Shown: positions 1-13,258 of the stretch, piece after piece | Position numbering within the stretch: the first letter of the stretch is position 1 | Layout of the letters: every line of letters starts with the position of its first letter | Origin: Octopus sinensis | Taxonomy: Eukaryota | Length of the DNA stretch: 64,000 nt | Assembly: GCF_006345805.1 (NCBI RefSeq) | Contig: NC_043000.1 | Span: 81,158,001 to 81,222,000, forward strand | Direction: 5' to 3' | Position numbers and translations under genes: made by a program | Notes under the pieces: model-generated | Told to the model about the DNA's origin: nothing | Seen by the model: the letters and a program-made list of their open reading frames with translations, nothing else | Databases searched by the model: none

Positions 1-159
1 CAAAATTATGGGACAATTTCTGTTTTATTTGATCAATAGATTGATTGATTGTGATAGTTATTGTTGTTGTTGTTTAACCCAAGCTTATGTCGAATTCAGA
101 AGATCTATGACCATCTTGTCTTTTAATCAGACATTATCTTCTGTGTCCTTAAGACAGTG

Positions 160-365
160 AACAAGCAGAATCGTTAGCACAGTTGACAAAATGCCTAAAC
201 AGCATTTCTTCCAGCTTTACATTCTGAGTTCAAATTCTGCTGAGGTTAACTTTGCCTTTCATCCTTTCAAACTCAATAGAATAAGTAACAGTTGAGCACT
301 GCAGCTGATGTAATCTGTTTACCTCCTTTCCAAAAATTGCAGGCCTTGTGCCTATTGTAGAAAGC
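160..365 (+). mobile_element. SINE-A (tRNA-derived)
   Basis: gcagaatcgttagc...ttctgagttcaaattc (B-box-like)...ctttgcctttcatcctttc...ggccttgtgcct. Confidence 0.8.
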
Positions 366-903
366 ACTATCAACTGTGTGTTTCCTCATTCTTAACCAAG
401 TCAGTCCTAACTTTTGACCAAACATAGTGACATAGTGTATCTAGGACTACATTATCTAAAGAGTCCTTCTTTGTTGGAGCTCAACTCCAGCCAAACTATC
501 ACCATCCTATCATTTATTTGGACATAATCTATCTAGGACTGCATTATTTTATATATCCTTTTCTTTATTGTTTTTGTTTTCCACAAGACAGTCCTCATCT
601 GGCAGACCTGTGGTCAAAGGCACTGCTGTGACCATCATGTCTTTTATTCAGACACAGTGTATTCAACACTACATTATAAAATGTGTCCTTCTTTTTCAAA
701 ACATTAAATGTGAGAGAAAAATTGATTGTTATTTATGGCAATTTAAATGACCAACTAGGAGACCCAATGAATGAGTTTTAAACATACATACAAGCATACA
801 AACATACAAATATACACACATAAATACATACATGCATACATACATACATACATATGTATGTATATGTATATTTGTGCGTGTGTGTGTAGATATATATATA
901 TAT

Positions 904-904
<1 letters not shown>

Positions 905-935
<31 letters not shown>

Positions 936-975
936 GTAGGTAGGTAGGAGGTAGGTAGGTAGGTAGGTAGGTAGG

Positions 976-1048
<73 letters not shown>
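905..1048. repeat. (GATA)n/(GGTA)n compound microsatellite
   Basis: Direct reading. Confidence 0.97.
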
Positions 1049-1049
<1 letters not shown>

Positions 1050-1836
1050 TTTGTGTGTGTGTATATATAATGATGATGATGATGTTTGATTGATTGTCAT
1101 TTCTGCTATGCAATGTTTATTCTCCCTAGTTGCCATAACAACCTTTTCCTACCTGTTCACCTCTCTCTATCTTCTTTCTATCGATAGACAATATCCACTT
1201 TAGAGGGAGATCGGATATATGTAGAGAGGAGGAGTAAATGGGAGCAGTTAGTGTTTGGAATGTGGAATAAATAAAAAAAATTGGCAATATAACAATTCCA
1301 GTGAGATTTCATCACCACCATCATGATCATCATCATTACCACCACCACTACCATTATCTCTCCCTCAGTATGATCATCATTTCTGTCAGTTTATATCTAC
1401 TATCCTATCACCATTGGCTGTTTGATTGTCTCAGTTACACACACGCACTCATACTTGTAATTTGTATATGGCAAATGTACGTATGTATGTATGTATGTAT
1501 GTATGTATGTATGTATGTATGTATGTATGTATGTATGTATGTATGTATGTGTGTGTGTATATACATGATTATTTGTATATGAATATAATATATACATATA
1601 TAGATGCCCTTACGTCCTACATATGTATTTGTATCCCATCTGCTAGACAGCTCATGTCTATGGTAGTACAGTTTGGGTTTGGTTCTTGTCCCAGGGGATT
1701 TGAGCAGTTTTTCTATGAATATATGCATGAATACACTTGTATATGTATCTATGTGTGTATGTTTGTATGCATGTGTGTATGTATGTTTGTATGCATGTGT
1801 GTATGTGTATGAATGTATGTGTGCATATATATATAG

Positions 1837-1891
<55 letters not shown>

Positions 1892-1989
1892 TACATACAT
1901 ACATGCATATATCTGCACATACATTCATGTGTATTTGTATTTGCAGATATATGCGTATGTTTTTTCCTTTCATACTTACAATGTGACAG

Positions 1990-2030
1990 GACCTCTTTGA
2001 GTTGAGACAGTTCCAGGAATTTGTGAAGAT
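1990..2030 (+). CDS. Candidate exon (DLFELRQFQEFVK)
   Basis: Acceptor tttttcctttcatacttacaatgtgacag and donor gtgagt, with an open protein-like frame. Confidence 0.3.
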
Positions 2031-4134
2031 GTGAGTCAGGGCTTACATATGCATTGATGTATGTGTAGAAATGTTTGTATAATGTATTTCTACATCACTT
2101 TACTACATGTGTGTGTACGATTACTTTTTATGAACATGTGTTTGTTTATTCCAGGCAGGACATTCAATAGGAAAAATCATAAGAATAAGGGTGGGGGTGC
2201 GGGCGTATGTGCGCGCGCGGAAACAGCATCAGCATAAGTTTATATTTGTTTTCCTTGCTGACATAGTATGGCTGATTGTCATTGTCTTATTAAGAGTTAC
2301 TGCCCTTCGAAGTTGGATGGAGGATTATGTCATACTCACACAATTAAGTGTTGGTTTGTTTTCTTTGGTTGCATGTTTTTCTTGTTCTGGACCATTTTAT
2401 TAAGTATACTGGATGCATTTTATTATGGCACCAGCACTACAGCAATTGCCTTGTCTCATGTAAAACTAGAGAATGCATGTGTGGGGGGTGGGGGTGTACA
2501 CAGCTGACTCTCTGGCTGAATATTTATGTTTATGTGTATGCATATACACACAACTTGCATGTAAAAGAAGTTACTTTTATCAGTTATCCACCTTAGATCA
2601 CAATGATTTCAGCATGTTCCAAAATTATCACTTCCTCCAACAAACACTGAGCAGCTTTGGTACTTCCAAGGAATACCCATGTGCCTTTGCTCTATATTTT
2701 AGCTTGATTTTCACCCTCGCTGTTATGTATGCAGCCACACAATAACAGACCAAGTACATCTGTAGCCATGCAGTATCTATTTTAATTTATGATTTACTGT
2801 GGATTTGTTCTTCTCTCTTAGCTTTGGTCTTTTGCCTACATTTCTGTTACTTCTTTGTTGTAGCAGTTTCTATGCATCCCTCTCCATTTTGTGAATTACA
2901 GCTCTGCTGTCCTTCCCAAGCTCAAAACCCAGCAGTTAGGGCATTGTGGAACTAACCATAAACCTATGGCTTCTAACCTCTCCAAGAAGCACCGTACACT
3001 TCTATCCTTGTGCCTCACATGACTCCCACATATTCTAGGTCCTTTGTTTAATGTACCCTTTCCTTATTGCCACAGGCACTGTCAGCTCAATAATTGGCAC
3101 TGATTTTTATTAAATCAGTCCCTAAGAAAAAAATTAGGGCATTTATTTGTTATTGTAATTTGAATTGGGTATAATAACACTTCTTTCAAATCCACATATA
3201 TATTCCAGACATTAGCAACATGAGTAAGTCTGAGTTCTGATATTTCTTTATTTATCCTCTAGTGTTGTCTTTTCTCACTTTCATTGCATAAAACAACAGG
3301 ATATGCTTAGATGTCGATTTTTATTTCATTGGCACTGCTGCATTATTGTTTTAGTGCATCAGCAATGATACTCAAGACTTGGTTATACTAGGTATATTCT
3401 ACAAGGAATGCCTTGTAAGCTGTTAAAACATTCTCCAGTAATGCATAATGTCCAAACAGATAACAGTCTGTCGCCATTTTAGCTCCATCATTATGCACAA
3501 TAATAAGGATGGGTGATTTTACTCTGTTGCTTTGTGTTTAGTAACAAGTACCATGAGTGAGGGATAAAGTACTGTGAAAGTCATCCAATCTATGTTAGCA
3601 TGGAAAAAGTAGATTTAAAGATATAAAGATGTATATACATGATAATGTTTTATGAAAGCACATGACCTTGTGGTTAGGGTGTTGCACTCTCAATTTCTAG
3701 ATCATGGGTTTGATTCTCAGACCAGGCAGCATGTTGCTCCATTTCCCCTTTCAATCAAGGGGAAAATGTTGTCCTGCTCACCTACCTAGTAGGGTTGTCA
3801 TTCAAAGGTTAAAACAATGCAAAGTAGGCATTGTGACCAGCAGTGTATAGCATCTGATAGTCAGGTCAACCATATGATCATCACATGATCATGTGATGAT
3901 ATTTTCATTTATTATTATTTAGTTTATTATTATAGTTACCCAAGCCATAATAAATTGGTTGTCTATATGGACTCCTGTATGTTAACAGACTAGTTCTCAT
4001 AGCCATATCTGTTACAAAGTTAGAAGGAAAATTTCTGACACAGAAGGAAGGAATTGAGAGACTTAGGAGTTAATTTAGCACAGTTTTAGCTAGTAGAAAA
4101 GAGAACATCAATAACTGGGAAGTGACAATAATCA

Positions 4135-4385
4135 GTATGAAGAAAGGGAGTAAGTAGAATGTCTAAACCACGAAACGAATGCTCACAGTTGGTGCACAAA
4201 AGATGCAGTGGAATCTCTGAAAGAATAAGAGAAAAAGAGGATTTCATATTTGATAGATACACAGGCATAGTCAGCAGTGAGAGCACCCAACAGATGAAAG
4301 CTGTCAACTGCTCAAGAGTGCTGTTAGAAGTAGTTGATAGTATCTGTAACCTCATCAACGGTGGAGGTGGGTGTTATGAAAGATT
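4135..4385 (+). mobile_element. Older RTE fragment covering the PHD finger and LEVVD motif
   Basis: SV*RKGVSR...CSQLVHKRCSGISERIREKEDFIFDRYTG...LLEVVDSI aligns with 34050-34300. Confidence 0.7.
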
Positions 4386-5789
4386 TCCCTGCCCCATTCT
4401 TATTCTGACTACTAGCCAGAATAAGAATGGGGTAGGAAAAGTTCAGGGATATATTAATCCTTTTCACAATAATGGGCAGACTGTATGATGCTTGTGTATA
4501 ACATGTAATATTGGTTTCAAATTTTAGTAAAAGGCCAGGATGGTCGGTGGGAGTGGGTAAGTCAATTACATTGAGCCCATTGCTCAACTGGTATTTAGTT
4601 TTTATATTCTCAAAAGATGAAAGGCAAAGTCAACCACGGCAGAATTTGAACACAGAATGTAAAGAGATACGAAATGCTACTAAGCATTTTGCCTGGCATG
4701 CTAACAATTTTGCCAGCTTGCCGCTTTTATAACATATAATATTGCATGAGAGTGAAAGATGGGCATTGTATGTGGTGAAACTGTCATTTAGAGCTGCATT
4801 TCCCAAACAGGGTTCCTCAGAATCCTAGTGTCTTGTGAGAAGTCATTAGGGGGCCTGAGTCATTTTTAGATGTAAAGTCTATATTCACAATTTCATTTTA
4901 CATGCACAGTATATTTGAAATACTACCATTTGTCCCATTGAGGAAAGGAGCTTATGACAGGAATTGTCAGGGAATTTCGTCTAAACAAGGTCTTGGTTAA
5001 ATCAAAATTTCTTAAACTTCCTTTGTGGCATCTTATGGATTTAAGTTCTGGTAAACCTTTCAAAGATAGTTTTATGGTTAGTTTAATCTTTTTATGAAAT
5101 CTAACTGTAGGAAAGAGAAAGAAAAGAAACTGAAAAGATATATGATAATTTTTACTAGCAGACATGGAATGTATTTCAATGGTTCAAAAAAAAAAAAAAA
5201 AAAGGTTGGAAACACTGTAGGTTGGTTTACAAGTGTTGCTTTCCACAGAATACTATAAACGTAAAACAATCAAGCAAGGTGTAAGGGGAATAACTACTGT
5301 TATCTTTAATGTTGAAATTTCATTCCACGCTTGGAAATAACCTGATTCTCATTCAGCCACAAATAATTATATTATCTGCATCCACGAGCCAACGACTAGC
5401 CAGGAACAACAGTCAAATCTCCTTCATGAAGCGCGCGCACGCACTCGCACGCATATACACACATACACACACATTGGCAGGTTCTGTGGTATATATACAC
5501 GACACAAGCATTTCATGTGTACATTATATATACATTTATATACACATACATTGCATATAAAAAAAAAATATATATATATAAATACTTACATATACATATA
5601 TATATATATTATTTCATACACATATATTCCATACATGCATACATTACTTGCACAACAGTAAATACTTTTCTTTATATTATTTCTAAATGATTCTAAAGAT
5701 GAAGGAGAGTGCTTATAACCTTTGTGGTTTATTAACCTCATCATCATCATCATCATCATTGTCATTACCACCACAACTACCATCATCAT

Positions 5790-6215
5790 CATCATCATCA
5801 ACATAACATCCACTTTTCCATGCATGTGTAGATCAGATGGAATTTGTTTTGGCAGATTTTTCTACAGCCAGACTAGATGTCCTTCATGCTATCAGTCCTC
5901 ACTTATTTTCAAGCAAGGTAACATTTTCCCCCCATGATTGGACTTATTTTCACAGAAGATTGGAAATAAACAACACCACTTATATGATGGTGACACTCAT
6001 TTACAGCTATGACACAATGTCAAGATGAGTAGACTCAAACACACAAAGAGGCAGGCAGGTAGGCAGAGAGACAGATAGTTATATGATGGGCTTCTTTCAG
6101 TTTCCATCTACCAAATACACTCACAAGCTCACATGACTTTGCCCAACACTCTTGCCAATGGTGCCATGCTGTGGGAATGAACCTGAAGCCATATGGCTGG
6201 GAAGTAAACAGCTTG
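5790..6215 (-). mobile_element. CORE-type SINE-B variant with RTE-like tail
   Basis: Reverse complement of 55225-55616; ends in the (GAT)n tract at 5740-5800. Confidence 0.7.
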
Positions 6216-6309
6216 CACCCATATGTTAATATTGTTTAACATTTAATGGAGCTATATTCAGTTTGAATATCTGTAGGGTTGTGAGTTTGTAAGAAAGATA
6301 TGTGAAGTC

Positions 6310-6630
6310 ATGTGGTTAGATGGTTAGGGTATTTGGCTAATGATTATATAGTCATGAGTTCAATATCTGGTAGTGCATTATATCCTTGAGCAAGTCACTT
6401 TATTTCACATTGTGCCTCTCTATTCAGCTGGCATGAACGAGAAGTACATATATGTCAAAGGGCCAGCCTTGTCACATTCTGTGTTATGCTGAATCTCCCT
6501 GAGAACTACATTAAGGGTACACATGTCTGTGGAGTGCTCAGCCGCTTGCACATTAATTTTACAAACAGGCTGTTCCATTGATTGGACCAACAGGAAACCT
6601 CATTGCCATAACTGAAGGAGTGCCAAGTTG
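6310..6630 (+). mobile_element. Another tRNA/CORE-like SINE
   Basis: gtggttagatggttaggg...gagttcaat...ccttgagcaagtcactt (CORE-like), followed by a distinct body. Confidence 0.5.
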
Positions 6631-6639
6631 TTTTTTTTT

Positions 6640-6960
6640 AAGAAATATATAGGGTAGGAGACAACAGTTCTAAGGAAGAAGAATTAGTCAAGTGTTTTGT
6701 GTTAAGTCTGGATGTTGAGATGTAGTAAGGATGACAAGAAGAGAATATATAAGTATATCACATTGGTTTTGTGTGAAGAGGGTGTATTAACTAGCTAGTT
6801 CAGAGAAACAGAAGTCATTGCAGTAGTGGTAGAAGTTACAACAAGAGGAGCCTGTGTATTTGTGAAGCTGTGATCGAAGAGTGTTGGAGTGACATAGCAT
6901 TGGCAATCATTTCAATGGTCTTTAGTATGGCATGGTCTAAGTTATTTATTCTTGTGACAA
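6640..6960 (-). mobile_element. Possible highly degenerate LINE C-terminal remnant
   Basis: Minus fragments NNLDHAILKTIEMIA / FYHYCNDFCFSELAS / FFLRT weakly resemble the LDRIQ..A / FYRYY.G.CS.ELA / SFFPRT motifs of CR1/Jockey-group ORF2 ends. Confidence 0.3.
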
Positions 6961-7377
6961 ACAGTAACACCATCCAATAGATGAAACCTGTACAAACAGT
7001 AACACTGTTCTACAGATATGACCAACACAACCATTAAAACTATCATATAAACTGCTTTTCTTTCTCTCTTTGTTTCATCCTATATACTCTGCATGTACTT
7101 CTAGCTATTGTTACCATCTTTGTTTGTAGGCTCGAGGGGGCTGGTATCATATGAAAACCACCTGTGCCAGTGCCGCATATAAGCACCTGTGCCAGTGCTG
7201 CATAGAAGCATCCAAGACATTGTGTAAAGTGGTTGGCATTAGGACGCACATCCAGTCATAGAAACCATGCTAAAACAGACATAGAGCCCAGGGATCTTTT
7301 CAGCTGGGCAGCTCCGGTCAAACCATCTAACCAATGCCAGCATGGAAAATGAATGTTAAATGATGATGACAATGATT

Positions 7378-7590
7378 AGACAAGCTAGCAGAAGCGTTAG
7401 CATGCTAGGAAAGATGCTTAGTGGCATGTCATCTGTCTTTATGTTCTGAGTTCAAATTCTGCTGGGATCAACTTTGCTTTTCACTTTTTGGGGATCAATA
7501 AAGTAAGTACCATATGAGCGCTGGGGTTGATGTAATCGACTTACCTCCTGCCCCCAAAATTGTTGGCCTTGTGTCAGAATTTGAAATCAT
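7378..7590 (+). mobile_element. SINE-A
   Basis: Same head, B-box-like motif and body as the other copies. Confidence 0.8.
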
Positions 7591-7614
7591 GAACTCCCTA
7601 CTACAGACACATAA

Positions 7615-7985
7615 AGCAAGTTAGAACCTTTCACATGTGTTGTCTGCTCAATATCTGCAATATAAAATGTCAAGATAAGATATCAAATGTCAAAATCTTA
7701 GAAAAATGTGATATTTTCAGTATCAAAATCATGCTGCTGAGAATTCAGTGCAGATGGATAGGACATGTTCAAATTACAGATGACAGCATTCCAAAAATTC
7801 TTTTGTATGGTCAACAAGTAGAGGGATACTGTGGTAAAGGAAGACCCATTCTTAGTTATAAAGCTAAGTTGAAGCAATCACTAAAATCGTTACAGTTTAA
7901 TTTGACATCTTGGGAAAGTCATTGCCTAGATCAATCTGCATGATGTAAAATGTGTCATTATGCATCAAAACAATTCGAGTTGAAG
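7615..7985 (+). mobile_element. RTE (BovB-like) LINE C-terminal fragment, a different lineage from the 33 kb element
   Basis: LEPFHMCCLLNICNIKCQDKISNVKILEK...RWIGHVQ...DSIPKILLYGQ...GRP...LKQSLK...WE matches RTE post-RT motifs. Confidence 0.8.
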
Positions 7986-8401
7986 AAACAAGTATAACAG
8001 AATCATATCCTTCAATCAACAAACACATTTGCTCAATCCCAGGTAAAATCAAAATCATCAGTGTCCTCATTATGATTTTATAGCAAAATTCTTACTTGGA
8101 ATCAAATTAGATTCACATCCATCACAAATAGATGCACAAAAAGATTCCACTCAAAACATCCCTGAATAAGGGTTATTTAAGGATGATGAATGAAACACCC
8201 ATGTTTTCCAGAGGCGAATTATTCAAATGACAAAGAATTCCTCTCAACATATGGCTATGATGCACCCCCACTACTTCTGTCATGATCAGAAATGCACACA
8301 TCATCAGCCACTAAAGCCACTAAGGGACATCCTCAACTAGTTAAGATCGAACAAGTGACAAGCAAATTTGTAGTACTAAGCAGAATAGTTGCTGTAACCC
8401 A

Positions 8402-8444
<43 letters not shown>

Positions 8445-8446
<2 letters not shown>

Positions 8447-9425
8447 GGTGGTGAGCTTGTAGAATCTTTAGCATGTTGGGCAAAATGCTTAGCAGTATTT
8501 CATCTGTCTTCGTGTTCTGAGTTCAAATTCCACCGAGGTCGACTTAACCATCTATCCTTTCAGGGTCAATAAAATAAGTACCAGTAAAGCACTGAGGTCA
8601 AAGTAATCAATTAGTCCCCTCCCGGCAAATTTCAGACCTTGTGCTTGTAGTAGAAAGGATTATTATTGTTGTTGTTATTGTTATTATCATTAAGGCAGTG
8701 AGCTGGCAGAATTGTTAGCATGCCAGGTGGAATGCTTAGTGCTGTTTCACCTGTCACTACATTCTGAGTTCAAATTTCACTGAGGTTGACTTTGCCTTTC
8801 ATCCTTTCAGGGTTGATAAATTAAGTACCAGTGAAATACTGTAGGTCAATGTAATCAACTCATCTTCTCCTGCAAAATGGCTGCCCTTGTGGCAAAATTT
8901 GAAACCATAATTGTTATTATTATTATTATTATTATTATATTATTATTATTATTATTATTAAGGTGGTGAGCTTGTAGAATCTTTAGCATGTTGGGCAAAA
9001 TGCTTAGCAGTATTTCATCTGTCTTCGTGTTCTGAGTTCAAATTCCACCGAGGTCGACTTAACCATCTATCCTTTCAGGGTCAATAAAATAAGTACCAGT
9101 AAAGCACTGAGGTCAAAGTAATCAATTAGTCCCCTCCCGGCAAATTTCAGACCTTGTGCTTGTAGTAGAAAGGATTATTATTGTTGTTGTTATTGTTATT
9201 ATCATTAAGGCAGTGAGCTGGCAGAATTGTTAGCATGCCAGGTGGAATGCTTAGTGCTGTTTCACCTGTCACTACATTCTGAGTTCAAATTTCACTGAGG
9301 TTGACTTTGCCTTTCATCCTTTCAGGGTTGATAAATTAAGTACCAGTGAAATACTGTAGGTCAATGTAATCAACTCATCTTCTCCTGCAAAATGGCTGCC
9401 CTTGTGGCAAAATTTGAAACCATAA

Positions 9426-9467
<42 letters not shown>
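8445..9467 (+). repeat. Tandem duplication (period 515 bp) of a SINE-A dimer, giving four SINE-A copies
   Basis: aaggtggtgagcttgtag occurs at 8445 and 8960, and ctgcccttgtggc at 8881 and 9396. The two units look identical by eye and are bounded by (ATT)n. Confidence 0.93.
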
Positions 9468-11687
9468 GCAGCTCACAAGTGATCACCTTCAAACCACCCT
9501 ATCACACCACTCTATGTTTAACTTGATAGTGAAGATTATCAGTAAGACACAAAATGTTAAATTCAGATAGACTTCAATAAAACATGATTTATCTTTGATA
9601 ATGTTTTCTCTCCTCATTAATCTAAAGATATCATCATTTCTACTTTTTCTTTTCTTTTTCTTTTCAACAACACTTCTCATAAGATGAAGACTATCTCTCA
9701 TTATAGTCTATGATACATCTTCTGAGATTTATACACACTTTATGATCTTATGAGTTACTACACATCCTATGACCTATCACACATCATATGATTTGTCACA
9801 TTGTATGACCTATTACAAATTTTATAATTTCCAAATTTTGTCTGAAGAGAAATGTGAAACTCATAGTTACAAAATATGAAGTTTTTGCTACAATAAATAC
9901 ATTACAATACTCTAATTCCAGTATTGAGTACTCTCTTTCTTCTCTTTGTTTATTCATATATGTTTACACACACAGACATATACATATGCATTGAAACATC
10001 ATATTTTTATTCCTATTTTTTCATCAAAGCTTTCACCAAGTGCCAATCTAATATATTCGCTGCGTACATCTAGTTGACTTTCATAGTTTTTTTTCATTTT
10101 TTTTCTATTTGCTCTTGAATTTTCCTCATATATATATATATATATGTACTTTTACTCTATAACATTTTTGCTTCTTTAGGCATCAATCTAATAATATTAA
10201 CTACCAACATCCTTAGATTTTTGTTGACGTATATTTGCTTTGTTCTCTCTCTCTCTCTTTCTATCTATCTGTCTGTGTGTGTTTATGTATACATGTGTGT
10301 GCATGTGTGTATATATATATGCATGTGTGTCTGTCTATCTGTCTCTGTATATACGTATGTATGTAATTTTATGCATGCATATATATCCTCATCATTATTT
10401 TGCATCTACTCTTAATGCTGGCAAGTTCAACCTCATTTAAATTTATTGACCCATGTGTTTTATTTTGTCATGGTTTCCATAACCAGATGCCTGTCTTATA
10501 ACCAATCCTTTTACAGAGTGTATTTGATACATTTTAATGTGGCACCAGCATTAGAGATGGTATCATGTTCTCAACAATTAGCACTACATTGTCTTCACTT
10601 ATCTTTTAATCACTTTATATATCTGCGAGACAAAAGCTGTCTTCATCACAGATACACTGTTTCCATCTAATTGTTGCAATGTAACCAATAGAGCTTGTGG
10701 GTGAGAGGATGACTGTAAAAGGTGAACTAAAGAAGGGGGGAGAAAGAAGTGGATAGGTACAATATTATGCTTGAAGTATGTTTGAACCCATAAGAAAGGC
10801 ATTCACTGTGTTTGTGGTGAACATATCGTGACTTAAACAAATAGTTCAAATACACCAAAATCAGCTCGCAGTGCCACCTACCCAAGCTGTGAGATGCAAG
10901 AATTTCAGAGAGGTTATCTCCTCTTCAGTTACAGAAACCAGACAAGATGTGCTGTGAGTTATAAGAGAGGCTGCCTCTCTTATGATGTTCCCATCATCAT
11001 ACAATGACTGGTACCACTAATCAGCAGCTCACCGTGAACAAATTACAGGGTGGCAGCTCTAATCAGTGATGTGTCTAAATGCAAGATTACTACCAGTTCA
11101 AATATGCTTAGGACATATTCAAACCTGTAAGAAAGACATTTACTGTGTTTTGTCATGGAGAACATTCCTTGCTGTAGGACAGGATTACAGAATGGATAGC
11201 GTGATGGAAGGCAAAATGGGTGAGGCATTGTTAGGAGAGAGGCAATTATGGTGGGGAAAGTTATGGCAGGGTGCAATGGAGAAGACATTGATTGCAGAGG
11301 ATAATGGATAGGGGGAGTGAGAGAAAGAGAGAGAGGCGGAGAGAGAGCAAGTGATTGATCGTTACAAAAATCGTGGGTGGTAAGAAAGTGCGATTGATGT
11401 CAATAATGAATGATCTGTAGAGACATTCCAATGGTAGCTTACTGGTAGTAGACGAGAGAGAAAAACAGGCAAGTGATAGAGAGATAGAGGTGGGGGAGAG
11501 ATGAGGTTATCAGAAATTATTGGATTTGATGCAATCCTTTGATATGTAAGCCTTGTGAAGAAAGAGAGAGACATCAAGGCAGCTACATGTACACATAATT
11601 TATATATATGTAAGTGTACATATATATATAAGTATACATATATATGTATGTATACATATATATTTATATGTATGCTTGTATATATAC

Positions 11688-11739
<52 letters not shown>

Positions 11740-11773
11740 ATATATATTTCGTTTTGGGATTTGGTTTGCAAGA

Positions 11774-11911
11774 TTCCACTTACTTCTTTTTTTTTTCTAA
11801 AATTTTCGTTGCGTCTTGCAACCCTTTCAATAGTTTTCAAGAGTCAAAACTATTGACAAGGTTGCAAGACGCAGCAAAAGTTTTTAAAGAATAAAAAAGA
11901 AATAAGTGGAA
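11774..11911. repeat. 138-bp imperfect palindrome (about 64-bp arms, 8-nt loop)
   Basis: ttccactta...cgttgcgtcttgcaaccctttcaatagtttt [caagagtc] aaaactattgacaaggttgcaagacgcagc...taagtggaa. Confidence 0.9.
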
Positions 11912-11984
11912 ATTTTACCGGTGAGTGCGTTAAATTATAAGGCACTAAAAGACAGTGACTCTCTCCAGACACAACAGAATATGT

Positions 11985-12160
<176 letters not shown>

Positions 12161-12741
12161 TATACACACACACACCACCACACAGAAACGCATATCTATG
12201 TGTTTGTGCAGCAGCTGCAAATTAGAGAAAATTTACGTGTGTGTGTGTGTGTGTGCACATGCATTTGTCTATGTATTTACAGTTATATATTTCAAATCAT
12301 TATCATCAACTTTACACCTACTTTTCATGATGGTATGGGTTAGACAGAAGAGGCTTCTTTCAATGCAGCATCTTTCCATTTGTATGCAACCCTTCCTCAT
12401 TCCCTTTGTGGGTCCTGCATCCTGAAGTCAACCCTCACCACTTTATTCCACCTAGTTTTCTTGAGTCTTCCGCTTCCTTGTTCTCCTAAGGATATTGTCC
12501 AACATTTCATTCACAAAACTACTATTCTTTATATGGTACCATGTAATAACCTCCTATGCTAGTGCCATATAATGGCACCTGTGCCAGTGCCATGTAAAAG
12601 GCACCCAACACACAGTTCTAAGTGGTTGGTATCAGAAACCAAGCCAAATCAGACTGGAATTTGGTGTAGACTTCTTAGTTGCAAAACCATTCAACCTATG
12701 TCAGCATGAAAAACAAACATTAAATAATAATAATAATAATT

Positions 12742-12772
<31 letters not shown>

Positions 12773-12788
12773 TAATAATAATAATAAT

Positions 12789-13007
12789 GGTTTCAAATTT
12801 TGCCATAAGGGCAGTAATTTGGCAGGAGAGGACTAATCGATTACATGGACTCCAGTGTTCAAGTGGTACTTATTTTATTGACCCCAAAATGATGAAAGGC
12901 AAAGTCGACCATGGTGGAATTTGAACTCAGAACGTAGTTTCAGGCAAAATACCGCTAAGCATTTCATCCAGCGTGCTAACAATTCCACAGCTTTCTGCCT
13001 TAATAAC

Positions 13008-13043
<36 letters not shown>

Positions 13044-13065
13044 TATAATAATAATAATAATAATG

Positions 13066-13096
<31 letters not shown>

Positions 13097-13258
13097 TAAT
13101 AATAATAATAATAATAATCCTCTTTACTATAGGCACAAGGTCAGAAATTTTAAGGGTGAGAGTAAGTTGATTACATCGATCCCAGTGTTCAACTGGTACT
13201 TATTTTACTGACACTGAAAGGATGAAAAGCAAAGTCAACCCTGGTGGCATTTGAACCA
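12789..13258 (-). mobile_element. Two SINE-A copies (12789-13002 full, 13117-13258 partial) separated by (AAT)n
   Basis: Reverse complement of the SINE-A consensus; flanked by long (AAT)n tracts. Confidence 0.85.

Noticed and set aside
1640-1735. Protein-like stretch QLMSMVVQFGFGSCPRGFEQFFYEYMHEY
   Set aside because: No convincing acceptor/donor pair and no recognisable family; open mainly because it is flanked by stop-free microsatellites.
729-2005. Many 60-170 aa ORFs rich in [12 protein letters not shown] or THTH (also 11.9-12.4, 21.0-21.4, 36.3-36.9, 40-43.7 and 60.9-61.3 kb)
   Set aside because: Translations of tetra- and dinucleotide microsatellites.
5837-6028. Protein-like ORF MEFVLADFSTARLDVLHAISPHLFSSK with an apparent AG...GT exon
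   Set aside because: It is the antisense of the SINE-B/RTE-type tail; the same sequence recurs at ~55470-55610 and ~61400-61560.
8510-8545. gttctgagttcaaattcc tRNA-like T-arm motifs at many sites
   Set aside because: SINE heads; no complete cloverleaf, so not called as tRNA genes.
9841-9870. ctgaaga...gaaac resembling a hammerhead ribozyme core (other ctgatga sites also checked by eye)
   Set aside because: No pairable stem II or flanking stems; the expected number of chance matches is high.
12921-13211. Poly-Asn / poly-Ile ORFs
   Set aside because: An (AAT)n tract between two SINEs.
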